The translations under genes were made by a program, and so were the position numbers. The notes below the pieces were generated by a model. The model saw only the letters and a list, made by a program, of their open reading frames with translations. It did no database searches and was not told where the DNA came from. A stretch of 63,665 nt of DNA, the filler included, from Reticulomyxa filosa (Eukaryota; Protista; Foraminifera): the NCBI GenBank assembly GCA_000512085.1. It is 15 parts of 15 records of this genome, joined end to end, with 100 filler letters (N's around TTAATTAATTAA, not from the genome) between each part and the next. Parts side by side here need not be neighbours in the genome. Positions count along the whole stretch, not along the records: positions 38,591 to 41,784 come from ASPP01020468.1; positions 41,885 to 43,898 come from ASPP01005489.1; positions 43,999 to 46,876 come from ASPP01041542.1; positions 46,977 to 52,111 come from ASPP01006981.1; 11 more parts are not named here. One strand, written 5' to 3'. The stretch's first letter is position 1. Each line of letters begins with the position of its first letter. Of this stretch, positions 39,630 through 52,211 are shown one piece after another.

Positions 39630-41243
39630 TTAAGAGGATGCACCATCAAGAGCATCTGTTTCGGGTCTTCCTTCAATGCTCAATTCGGTTTGATGTCTTG
39701 TTGATTGCCATCGTTGCATTTGAGTTAAATAATCATCCGAAAAAACTCCTTGTGACACCAAGTGTCCCTGTGGCAACAATGCACGTTTAGCATATATTCA
39801 CACAATTGTGATTGCATAATGAAAAGAACAACACTGCCAAACAAAAATTCAACTAAACAGTAACCCATGGATGTACAGACACTTGAGCAGCAGTTAATCT
39901 TTCTTTGGCGTTTTTAACAAGACATTTTTTAATCAAGTCTTTGGCACCATCGGAAATGCTATCCCATTGAGGAGAAGGAAACGTAAACTTGGCTTTTTTG
40001 ATCGAATGATACAAGTTTTTCATATTATTGCTCGAGTCAAAAAATGGAGGATATCCACACAGTCTACATATACATACATATGTATGTATATATTATGCTA
40101 TATATATATTTTTTTTTTATTAAAAAATATGTTTGTTCGTTGCATACAAAGTGTAAATGATGACTCCAAGTGACCATATATCGACCTCGATTCCATAGGA
40201 CTGATTTTCCAAGACCTCTGGGGCGGCATAGTGCGCAGTTCCACAAGGAGTGGTGCAAGGACCACCGATTGTATTTCCGGCCAACCCGAAATCAATGACT
40301 TTGACAGGACTGTCTTCATCTTTTGTGGAATACATGATGTTGTCAGGTTTCAAATCTCGATGCACAAAGCCTCGTTCGTGCAAATGCTGTAAGCCACTAA
40401 CCACTTGTCGAATGACATGCGAAGCAGCCGTTTCACTAAACGCTTTCAAAGACACTACACGTTCAAACAAATCTCCACCATCACAAAGCTCAACCACCAT
40501 ATATATTCTTTTTGTCGTCTCACACCAGTCTAACAACTTAACTATATTCGGGTGGTTGCACTATTCATATTTTATGTTGTACACAATGTATGTATATGTA
40601 TATACATATACATATGTGTATATACATTATATATACGTATATGTGTATATTAATTTGAATACCCTTTGCAAGACATAAATTTCTTTTTGTAAAGCTCTAA
40701 TGTCAGGTTGAGATTTGCCTTTTTTTTCGATCATTTTTAAAGCAAACAACTTTTTGTCTGACTTTCTTGAGATTTTTCGGATTTTTGAAAACGCCCCTCT
40801 GAGTTCATCATAGACATCCGTTCGTTTTTGGTTCATTTTTTTTTTTTTTTGAGTGTATACCAAAAAAAAATAAGTAACTGTCCAATTTTGCCCGCTTCAA
40901 TCCAGTATTTTTTAAAAAAGTCTCTTTCCGTCAACTCTTTGGCGGAAGACGAGGCCTCTGTTTCCAAGGGCTCAAGCCGAGGACTACCCTCACGGGTCAG
41001 TTGTGTGTCTGGCTGCAAAGAAATTTCAAAAAAAAAAAAAAAAGTTGGTAAATAATTCGCTCACGTATCTTTTATGGAGAAAAAAAAAAAAGACCTGTTC
41101 ACTTTCTCTCGGCTCTGTCGATGATGTATCGATGGATACGGCGGTGTCATTAAGCACGTTGGAGACTGTGTCTGCTTTTGTCTCGTCCACGAAACGCGTC
41201 CATTTCCGTTGCCTTGGCTTTGGCAATGACGCTTTTGATATTA

Positions 41244-41278
<35 letters not shown>

Positions 41279-41617
41279 AAAACAACACGGTCATTTATAA
41301 TTGATATGCACAAACTATATACAATATACACACATATGTATATATAATTTTGTTCTTTTTTTTTTTTTGATTGGGTAAACTTGATGCAATAAACACTGGC
41401 CCAGTTTGAGTACGGATATGTTTGATCGATGCTATTTTTCGATGGCTAAACCGGCCATTTTCCAGCGAGGCACCGTGTTCTGCTACTGCCGTCGCTGTTG
41501 CTGATGGCGAACGAGAAGAAGGATGAAAGAGAGGAGGAGGAGGAGGAAGAGGAGAGGTATTGCCAGTCGATCGACCGGAAGTTCGTTCATGACGGTTTAT
41601 TTTCTCACTTCCATTCC
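39630..41617 (-). CDS. CaMK-group (CaMKI-like) Ser/Thr kinase with N-terminal extension; 5'-truncated
   Basis: KIGQ|GAFSKIRK, FALKMI, HPNIVK, VHRDLKPDN, IDFGLA, CGTAHYAAPE, DIWSLGVI and CGYPPF over several exons. Confidence 0.92.
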
Positions 41618-41750
41618 CTTTTGGTTTTACCAATTCATACACATACAAAAATATTCAATTTTTTTTTTTTTCTTTGGAAAATTGGAAGGAAGGAAGGAAG
41701 GAAAGAAGAGAGGGAAAAAAAAAAAAAAATACAAGATAAACCTCCCCTTT

Positions 41751-41784
<34 letters not shown>

Positions 41785-42445
41785 NNNNNNNNNNNNNNNN
41801 NNNNNNNNNNNNNNNNNNNNNNNNNNNNTTAATTAATTAANNNNNNNNNNNNNNNNNNNNNNNNNNNNNNNNNNNNNNNNNNNNTTATTTCTTTTTTGAA
41901 AAATAACTTGATTTTATGTCACAAAAAGGAATGTTAAGAATAATTTATTTTGATTTTTTTTTTGAAGTAGATTTTTCCAGAAATAAAAAATTGGAGTAGA
42001 AAAACGAGTTTTTTTTTGGTCGGATGGTTGAAAAAAAACTCACCCTTATTCACCGAATAAGATATTTGATTGATATCTTCACTATTAAATGCAAATAAGA
42101 TATTATATCAAATTATATTTTCATAATATATGAAGTACTTTTGCTTTGTGACAGGAAAAATAAAAAATAAAAGTAAACTTATGAAAAATGATAAAAAGTA
42201 CTTGTTAGAATAAAGAGAGTACTTATATCAATCAAAATATTTTTTATTATCCATGTTAAACTATTTAGACAACTGCAATGTCTGATAAACGACAGATATT
42301 TTTAGATTTCACTTTAATGTCAATAATAACATGTTTCATTTTGTGTTATTTGATGACATTTAAAAGAAATGAATTAAAATATAAATTCAAAAAGATCCAA
42401 TCAAGATATTTTGTGGAAAAGGTTAATATTCAAAAATAATGAAAA

Positions 42446-42714
42446 AAGGAGTACATTATCAATCTCCAAAGAAGAGGTTGTAGGGCAAGCCCTGTTATAA
42501 GTATCTGAACGTTAAGGGAACGGAAGAATCCCCAGTAGGTTAACTTCCTCAACAACTTACTCCTTACTTTCTTGCTTTTCTTTTGTTATCTTGTTTTATT
42601 ATTTCAATTTCTTTCGTTTTTCGAAATCAATATTCTCTTCTTAGTAAACACCTCTCGTATTACAGTTAGTGTACCACTACTATCAGCAGACGTCCCAAGG
42701 TGAAAATTGTTTAC
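42446..42714. ncRNA. Candidate structured non-coding element (two fold-back modules)
   Basis: 42446-42565 is closed by AAGGAGTA/TACTCCTT with internal hairpins. 42644-42714 is closed by GTAAACA/TGTTTAC and CACCT/AGGTG. Confidence 0.22.
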
Positions 42715-43388
42715 GGTAATAACACAACAAAAATTGTCAGCAATTTTTTAAGGTTGACTAACTGTTAGTTTTTGAATTAACTTTGTTGTTTGTCTTTGTG
42801 CGAAATAAAGAGATTCTACTTAAAATATTGAGAACATACTTTTCCGTGTGCATTAAGCTGATATTTCAATTGTCTAAGTTCGGACAAAACACTTACATTT
42901 GGGACGGAACGTGCTCTTTTCCGTTGACAGTGTATGTTCATCTGATCAAATAATATGATATAGATAAAATAATAAAACAATTAAAAAGTAGTTCAAATGA
43001 TGATATAATTAGATCACATTCATACGGTACAATTCACATTTGAGAGTAATGCAAACAAAATGTTTTTTTTTCACATGCAATTATTGTTTTGGTAAAAACT
43101 CAAGGTGTAGTTTTTTGCACATCTTATTGTCAAATAAGAACAGCTAACAACAATGAGCGCAATAACCAAAAATTATTTGGACAATATTTTTTAAAATAAA
43201 TGTGAAGAATTTGTTTTGAAAGTGTGACAAAACTTGGTAAAGTTGTATTTGAAATTATGCATTTGATCCTCTTTGAAATCGCCAAAAAATAGTAATTAAT
43301 TTTAATAATTAAGAACGGGATGTAAAAATCTACGAAATGGCAATAAAGCAGAGAAACAACAATGACAACAAAAAAAAAAGTGTAACAC

Positions 43389-43820
43389 TTAGTAATTGTC
43401 AGTTAATTTTTTTAATTCCACGTGTTTACCAAATTTTTTTCTCCAGAGGACATGTTTGCGATCATCCAGGTCAACACCATTGAGATGAGGTAGGTTGGTG
43501 ATTTGATAGGATTGAGTATTTCGGTTAAAGTCTAGCAAAAACACATCATTTTCGGCCCACTTGTCGTTGAGCACAATTTCTTTTTCCAAGCACTCAATGA
43601 TGTGATGGAGTAGATTGTCGATAACAGTTTTTTCTTTGTTGGGTTCGATGTCGTCCAAAGTCACTTTGGAAAGACGACAGACTATTGGCGTGGCTTCATC
43701 ATCGGCGGCAAATCCACGAATGGCATAGTCAAATCCACTGTACTTATATTCCACATATAAATAATCACGTTCGAACGAGAACACAGGGAACTCTGTTGCA
43801 TGGATTTTATCAAAACACAA
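43389..43820 (-). CDS. Terminal exon of an uncharacterised globular protein
   Basis: 143-aa open frame with coding-like GC content and normal amino-acid composition; no family recognised. Confidence 0.45.
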   Translation of the reverse strand: MCFDKIHATEFPVFSFERDYLYVEYKYSGFDYAIRGFAADDEATPIVCRLSKVTLDDIEPNKEKTVIDNLLHHIIECLEKEIVLNDKWAENDVFLLDFNRNTQSYQITNLPHLNGVDLDDRKHVLWRKKFGKHVELKKLTDNY

Positions 43821-44716
43821 GCAAATAAGTTATGCAATAAAATGTATATATACTATTCTGACAATAAAACCAAACAAAAAAAAAAACAAAGATAAAAANN
43901 NNNNNNNNNNNNNNNNNNNNNNNNNNNNNNNNNNNNNNNNNNTTAATTAATTAANNNNNNNNNNNNNNNNNNNNNNNNNNNNNNNNNNNNNNNNNNNNAA
44001 GTCTTTGGAATTTACTTTCTTTGGGCCGTTCGACCAAACAAATAACTGTCGAGTTTGTTTTACAAGCACATTTTTCTTTTGAACGCTATAAAATTAAAAA
44101 GCATCATTCATGCAAACACAAACCGTTGCATTTGGCACTTCTGTTCCGACAATAGAAGACATTATTATTTTTTTATCTTGTTTGATATCCCTATTTGGCA
44201 ATATCTTTCTTTTTTAAACTATTATTTTTTACCTGGAGCAACCGTCTTTTGATACGTAACTAAATTATTACTTAAGATGCATAAATTTTTAAAAACCAGT
44301 GTAAATTGCCAGAAGAAAGTGTTCAAAAAATTAAAATTACTACTGTAGATTTTCTGCTGCTGAAAGAGGTGCACAAAATGTAATACAAGAGATTTCGCTC
44401 TTCTGAGCAATTTAAAACAAAAGAATATTAATTAAATAAAAGAAAAACAAATGACAAGATTCAGCCAAGTGGAAGAGGAAAGACAAATAAAATAATTGAT
44501 ATTATTGAAATGAGTCTGACGGATTATCTTTGGAAAATTAGTATTTAAAATTGTTTACCAGTGAGAGATAGCATTTGAAAAGACATAGTTTTAATTTTAT
44601 TTAAAAACAAGTTTTTTTGGAATAATTTATTGAAATGTAAAATACTTTTTTGTTTTTGCACGCTGTGTCAAACCTTTTTTCAAAAAAAACTTAAAAGATT
44701 CATTAACATTAGCAAA

Positions 44717-45986
44717 ATGGCTAATCGAACTACAATTAAACAACGTCAACATCTTAATACCTCAATTCCCTTTCAAAGGTTGAAAGATTTACCCAATCCA
44801 CTTCGTCAAACTCAATGTATATTACACAAACATGAAATACTCATTTGTGGAAGTTATGAACAAAGAGCTTGTTATTCTTATCATATACTCAAAAACAAAT
44901 ATAAGTTTATATGTGAGTATCCAAGTAATGTTCAATTAGAAGGGCATTGTGTAGTGAGACTAATAGATAACAACAACAATAATCATATCACTTTGCTATC
45001 TTTTGGATCTTCTCTGTTTGGAGAAAATAAACATACATTGGTAATGAAATATGCAAGTATTTGGAGCAATACATTAAACAAATCAAATAACTACAATCAA
45101 TGGGTCCCTTTCACAGACAATCACAATAGTTCGATTATCATTGGAAGGGATAATGACAATTATTGGGGAGTTCGTGCGGTGATTGGTGGAAGCAACAATA
45201 ATTTGTTATTTATTACTTATTATTATAATAATATTAGTGTGTTTAATTTAAATACATTTCAATTTATTAACATGATATTTTAAAAACTAAAAATGAAATA
45301 TGGTATCATTGCTTTGTATCAAATCCAGAAAATGGACAAGGACAAGAAATAATGAAAATAAATGAAAGAAAATAAAAAAAGAAGTTATAAAATGCTGTTG
45401 TTTTGTTTCAAGACAGGATTATCAATTGAATATGATGAAGATAATAACACTTTTCAATTTCATCAACTACCTGTTTGTGACTATATTGCACCATTCAATG
45501 AATATGCATATACGTGTATCAATAGCATCATCTTGTTCTTTGGTGGATTGAGTGGTAATAATGTTCATTCAAAGTCAGTTCACAAATATTCAATTCGAGG
45601 AAACAAATGGATGACATTTCAAAATACTTTACCTAGTAAATTGCATCATTTTGCTGCAATATTGAATGAAGAAGACAATGATATACACTTAATTGGAGGA
45701 GTAGATTATAAAAAAACAACATTATCAACTCACATGAAGACAAAAGTGAGTTTATGGTATCCTTCACATTTGGTAATAATTTGTTTATTTATTATTTATT
45801 TATTTTGATAAAACACAAATAAATTATATTATTATATGAAACTGAGTAACAAATAATAATGGACAGTCAAGAAATGAAATAAAATTTATTATTCAATATT
45901 GGATTCGAACTTTACAAATAAAATTTGGGTGGATATACGATTTTGATAACATTATTATGAAATACAGTAGAATGCAAGAAATTTGA
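44717..45986 (+). pseudogene. Kelch-like propeller paralog with C-terminal module; two frameshifts
   Basis: Colinear with 12056-13298. Shifts at ~45270 (one base missing) and ~45365 (one extra). Intron 45773-45866. Module exon 45867-45986 is SRNEIKFIIQYWIRTLQIKFGWIYDFDNIIMKYSRMQEI*. Confidence 0.8.
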
Positions 45987-46159
45987 CAAATAAAACGTCA
46001 CGTTATAGAGATGATTGAGTTTCTTCACGAAAAAACAACACTCATAAATAATTTTTTTAAAATATATATACGAATAGTGTAGTTTTTAAATATCATTTTG
46101 ATTTTTTATTAAATATTTACTAATTGTTTAAAAAATTTGAATATTTTATTGTTTTTGAA

Positions 46160-46680
46160 ATTTTCGAAACAGTAAGACTGTGGGATGTACAATCAGGGAG
46201 ACAAATTTATGTATTTGAGATCATTTAGATCATTAAGTGAAGTATTATTTCTATCAAATGGTTCTAGAATTGTATTATATGGGATTTATTTCAGGAAAGC
46301 AGGTTCAATTATTGCAAGGATATTCAGGATGGGTGAATAAAGTTCAATTTTCGTCAAATGGTTTCAAACTTGTATCGAAGGGCGTGTAGATAAGGTACGT
46401 AAGACACAAATTTCACCAAACGATTTTAAATTTGTATAGATTCATGTGATGATACAATGCAAATAAGGGATATATCATCTGGAAAGAAACTTTTCATACG
46501 AAGTGAAAAATAATGCTTCTCCAGATGGTACTACAATTATATCTTGTTTAGCTGATAAAACAATTGAATTATGGGATGTATTGACTGGAAAACAAATCCA
46601 AATATTAATGGACATTCTGATGATATATGTGGAATAAAATTTTTATTGAATGATGGTAAAATTGTTAGTATAGCTAAGGT
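46160..46680 (+). pseudogene. Heavily decayed WD40 repeats directly downstream of the Kelch-module gene
   Basis: Remnants TVRLWDVQSGRQI, WDLFSGKQVQLLQGYSGWVNKVQFSSNG and SPDGTTIISCLADKTIELWDVLTGKQIQIL, with stops and indels. Confidence 0.75.
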
Positions 46681-47968
46681 CATGCGCAAAACTTACTTTT
46701 GAAAAGGAAAAATATTACATATCCGTATTACCCCCTTTTTTTTAAAATAATCAAATGTTTGAGAACACAACAACAAACAAAAGTTTTTTTAGTTTAGTAC
46801 TGGATGAGAGAAGAAGTGTGAAAAGTCATAATTGATTTTTAAAAATTTCGAAGGAGTTCATATAAATTGAACATGTNNNNNNNNNNNNNNNNNNNNNNNN
46901 NNNNNNNNNNNNNNNNNNNNTTAATTAATTAANNNNNNNNNNNNNNNNNNNNNNNNNNNNNNNNNNNNNNNNNNNNTTTTTTTTTTTTTTTTGAATTGTG
47001 AATGGAAATATTTAGGCATATATGAAATGGGCCAGTATGCAACCAAAGGCTCCTTTCTAACAATTGCCACGGTGCAGCCCTTTTTTTTTTCTCTTACTTT
47101 CTCTTTTTTTTTTCATGCTTAGTGTACATTACGGTGACATTTTTGTTGACTGTTTTGAATGATTTGTCATACAAGATTGGTGTTTAGCAATGTTGGTGTT
47201 TTAGGATAGCGTATGATGCAATATATTGTATTGTATTTTTTTTTTTTTTTCTTTTGGGAGCAAAAAACCATTGATATGTGGATATTTCACAATCAACTGC
47301 ATGTGTGACACAACATTATGACAAGAAATTAACTATTACATTTTTTCTATTTAGATGTTTTTCATGAAACCCTTTTTTATTCAACTACACACTTTTCATT
47401 TAGAATTGTATCAAACATTCATGCAATTGCTAATAACAATGATTTAGAGCAAAAACATTTTTTAGATTTCATATTTTGCTTCAATACTTCTTCTTCACAA
47501 GTTGCTTTTCGTGATAATTACAGTAATTAAACTTAAAAACATATTGACAAAGCGTAAAAAAAAAAGTATGTACGTTTTGATAATTTATTAAAATGAAAAA
47601 GTGCAAATGGTTGACATGTAATTTTTGACTCAAACGGACAAAAAAAAACCATTAAAACGTCCACAATATGCATTAATTTTCCACAGAACGACAACGCGTT
47701 GACTCAAATACGGTCACATCGCATAATATTACATAAACAAATAAATTGTCAATTTAATGTTTACTTTCGTGATTTTTAAATTAAACTTAAAACAAATCCA
47801 TAAAAATGTCAACAATTACATATACTTAGTGCATAATATTAAACAAAAAAATTACCATAACGCATAACAATTAATACTATTTTCCACAAATATTACAAAT
47901 ATTACAAATATTATGAATTATTTAATATTATAATATATTATATATTCATAATCAAAAAAAATTTATTG

Positions 47969-48237
47969 TGATAGTGTTGTAGTTTCCTACGACTAGTAAC
48001 AGTTGAAGGACTTAGCACACTGACCCCCGTCAGCTCCCTAGAGACGCGCCACATATCTAGTGTAATCCTGTGTTACATCCTTACTGCTGTTGTATCATTG
48101 ACTATCAATTAAATATACAATAATTCACCACTTTGCCTAAGCGACGGTCGCCCAATGTCGCACCCCTGCTAGGAAAGAACCGACACTGTACACAGACTAA
48201 ACACTGACTCATTATAAGGGTTCCTCCTGGTGAATTA
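47969..48237. ncRNA. Candidate structured RNA: two adjacent multi-branch domains
   Basis: Sharp GC-richer island in very AT-rich DNA. Closing stems TGATAGT/ACTATCA and TAATTCACCA/TGGTGAATTA, with at least six internal helices; no ORF. Confidence 0.4.
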
Positions 48238-48557
48238 GCTAGTTACCAACTATATATATCCAATGTTATATACTCCAAAAATTTTTACGTGCTTCAAACT
48301 TTTTTCAAAAAATTTATTGTATAGCAAATTTTTTTTTTTTTTCGATTTTATATAATCTTAATATTATCAATATTATGATCATAAATAAATTTTAATCACA
48401 AGTACATAAGAAATAAAAATTATAAACCAAATATATTCTTTGCACAAATAATACAAATCAAAAGTAGAAAAAAGTGTTAGTTTGCAAAAAAAAAAAGGTG
48501 AAAAGGATAAAAGAAAAAAAAAAATATTGAAAAAAAGTTATTATTGAAATTGGAACA

Positions 48558-50232
48558 ATGAGTACCACTCAAAAAACAAATGGAAAAAGTAAATCCGACG
48601 AAAAAGCAAAATCAGATGATAAGCCAAAAGGTGGCGACAAACCAAAAGATGATAACAAGGCGAAACCCGACGAAAAGCCGAAAGTGGAAGACAAGCCGAA
48701 AGTGAAGACAAGCCAAAAGTAGAAGACAAGCCAAAAGTAGAAGACAAGCCAGAAGAAAAGAGGTCAGAAGTGAGAAAGTTGAGAAGAAGGGAATCTCTGT
48801 CTGAAGATGTAAGTGACGGCTTCGTGCCACGACCTCGAGTAATTTCGCGTTTCCACTATGGAACCAACAATGAATCTCACTTGGTGGAGTTTGAAGGATC
48901 CGAGCGAGTGAACGGTTCTGTGTTCATCGAAGGAGTGTCCGGAGTGGGAGTCACGGCGACAGTGGTATCTGCATATTTGATCAAAGAATTGAACCTGCCA
49001 ATCGTGGCATCCTTTGAAAGCCCTCACTTACCGGCAATGTGCTCTATTCACTCATTTCGAGCATCCCCGGTCATTCGCATTCATGGTGACGCTGACGGTA
49101 AAATTTCATTCAAAAAAAAAAATTTAATTAAATTTTTTTTTAGTTTTTTTTTATTTTTTTATTTTTAAGTTTGCGTGGCTGTCGGTGATTTGCCAATCAG
49201 TGCGTCTGAGAAATCAGAGATCATATGGGACATCACCCGGGCTTTCGCAGACTTTGCTCGAAGACATCGCTGCAGACACATTGTCACTGTGGAGGGCATG
49301 CCCATTAAAAACGAATTCGATCGAGAAATTTCCAAAATTGAAAAAATGTTACCTAAAAATCCTGAAGTATGTGACTGTGTGCGTATACGTTTTTGCCAAG
49401 AGAGTGCAATGTACTGGATAATAATTAATTATTAGTAATTTTTTAAAATGAAAATATATTCGTCTATCTTCCCCCCCTTCCCTTTTTTATTTCTTCCAGT
49501 GTTTGCTGTCTAGCCATTGGGGAGAGCAAAAAAAAAAAAAGGCTTACACGACAAATAATATGTAATGCCAATAGATGATTGAATTGGGAAGAGGAGAAGA
49601 AACCACGACCGACCAAATAGCAGATGACCAAAAAGATCCTTATGCCGTAGCACGATATATCACTTGTGACTTAGAAATGGCCAAAAAATTAAAAGAATTG
49701 GGACACAAACCAGTCAAAACTGGACAGATCATTGGCTTAACTGGTAACGTAACAACACACTTGGCTGTACACTAATCATCAAATTTTTTTTTTATTTGGC
49801 GGGGTCTTTAACGTAGGTGCTATTTTATCATTTTCCTACACCGCTTCGAGCGATGATCCTCCGGTCACAGTGTTGTTGGCTCCAGACCCTGTGAAAATAC
49901 CTGATCAGGTATGCTCAACACTGGCCATCGTCCTCCTCTCTTCTTTTTCCTTCCTTTACTATTCACACGGAGATCTTTCACGGAAAGATCTTGATCGTGG
50001 GTATTATCACAAAATGTGTTTTGTATTGTTCAATATTAAATAGCGTGGTGCATTGTTGGCAGTGCGATTACTGCGTGAAATTTTTGCTTTGGATTTGGAC
50101 ACATCCACTTTGGAAACTGAAGCAAAAAGATTGGCTGACAAAATCAAAGCCACAATCGCAGATATCAAAGAACAAATTTCTTCACAAGTTCAACGAGCGT
50201 CCAGACCTGCACCTTCTAACATGTACTTGTAA
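48558..50232 (+). CDS. PAC2-family proteasome assembly chaperone (archaeal PbaA/PbaB-like) with C-terminal HbYX motif
   Basis: VFIEGVSGVGVTATVVSAYLIKELNLPIVASFESPHLPAM..PVIRIHG; HIVTVEG; GQIIGLTG; PDQ|RGALLAVRLLREIFALDLDTSTLETEAKRL; ends SNMYL*. One frameshift lies in the N-terminal EDKPKV repeat. Confidence 0.8.
48670..48752 (+). repeat. 18-bp coding tandem repeat (EDKPKV), about 4.5 copies
   Basis: GAAGACAAGCCRAAAGTR units; the unit at ~48702 lacks one base. Confidence 0.9.
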
Positions 50233-51039
50233 TGCGCACATCCGCTTGTGGATATTTTTGTTTGGTTTGACTTTTTGTTGTCTTGCTAAGATGAAAAACT
50301 TGGCAAAATGTAGTTTAATCCTGACAATTCGCATGATCACATTTTTCATGTATATTTGTCGCACACAAGATTTTTATTGATGTGTTACGGACAGAAGTGA
50401 ATTGTTTTGAATTTCACTTTGCTTGAAAGGTGAGTTAACAAATGCACTCCAAACTTTTTTAAGTGTACCAGAACATCGAATTTTTAGACTGATATACGAG
50501 TTTGATGGAATAATTGGTTCAATATTTATTTTGAGAATTACATAAGTTTTAACTTTTTGTTTTAAAAGGAAACACGTATTGAAGATCCAGTTGTGTTAAA
50601 CCGCCCTTACTCAGCACAAAGTGTATTTAAAAAAAAGAGAAAAACAGACCAAAAAAGACTTGTGCATGAATCAAACAGTTGACAAAAAAAAATAACAAAC
50701 AACAAATAAACAAAAAAAAAAGAAAAACAAACAAGGGAAAAAAAAGTACGGCCCAAACGACTTTCAACAAAACTATGTGAAGTTACAACCAACCAACAAA
50801 ACCACCCAAGAGCACAACACCAAACCTGCGCGAATAGAAACTGAGTATAAAGAGCACAAAAGAAAACCTAATGGAAAACCACCAAAAAAAGAGAACGCAC
50901 ATATGACAGTACGAAAAAAGTTATCTCAGTTCCCTCAATTCTATATCTTCTTAAGCCAATGATCTGCGAACAATGGCTTTTTATGACTCTAGTAAACAAA
51001 CAAACAAACAAACAATAGATCTTTTCTTCCGTTGTTAAA

Positions 51040-52109
<1,070 letters not shown>

Positions 52110-52211
52110 TTNNNNNNNNNNNNNNNNNNNNNNNNNNNNNNNNNNNNNNNNNNNNTTAATTAATTAANNNNNNNNNNNNNNNNNNNNNNNNNNNNNNNNN
52201 NNNNNNNNNNN

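Noticed and set aside
42446-42565. 5S rRNA
   Set aside because: Right length and a terminal stem, but conserved 5S loop sequences are not in register on either strand.
42644-42714. Twister ribozyme, suggested by GTCCCAAG
   Set aside because: The other conserved elements (UAA cleavage loop, GAGGG partner, P4 stem) are absent.
48695-48710. Frameshift in the EDKPKV repeat as pseudogenisation or phase variation
   Set aside because: One base is missing in one repeat unit while all downstream exons and the HbYX tail are intact; probably a sequencing error.
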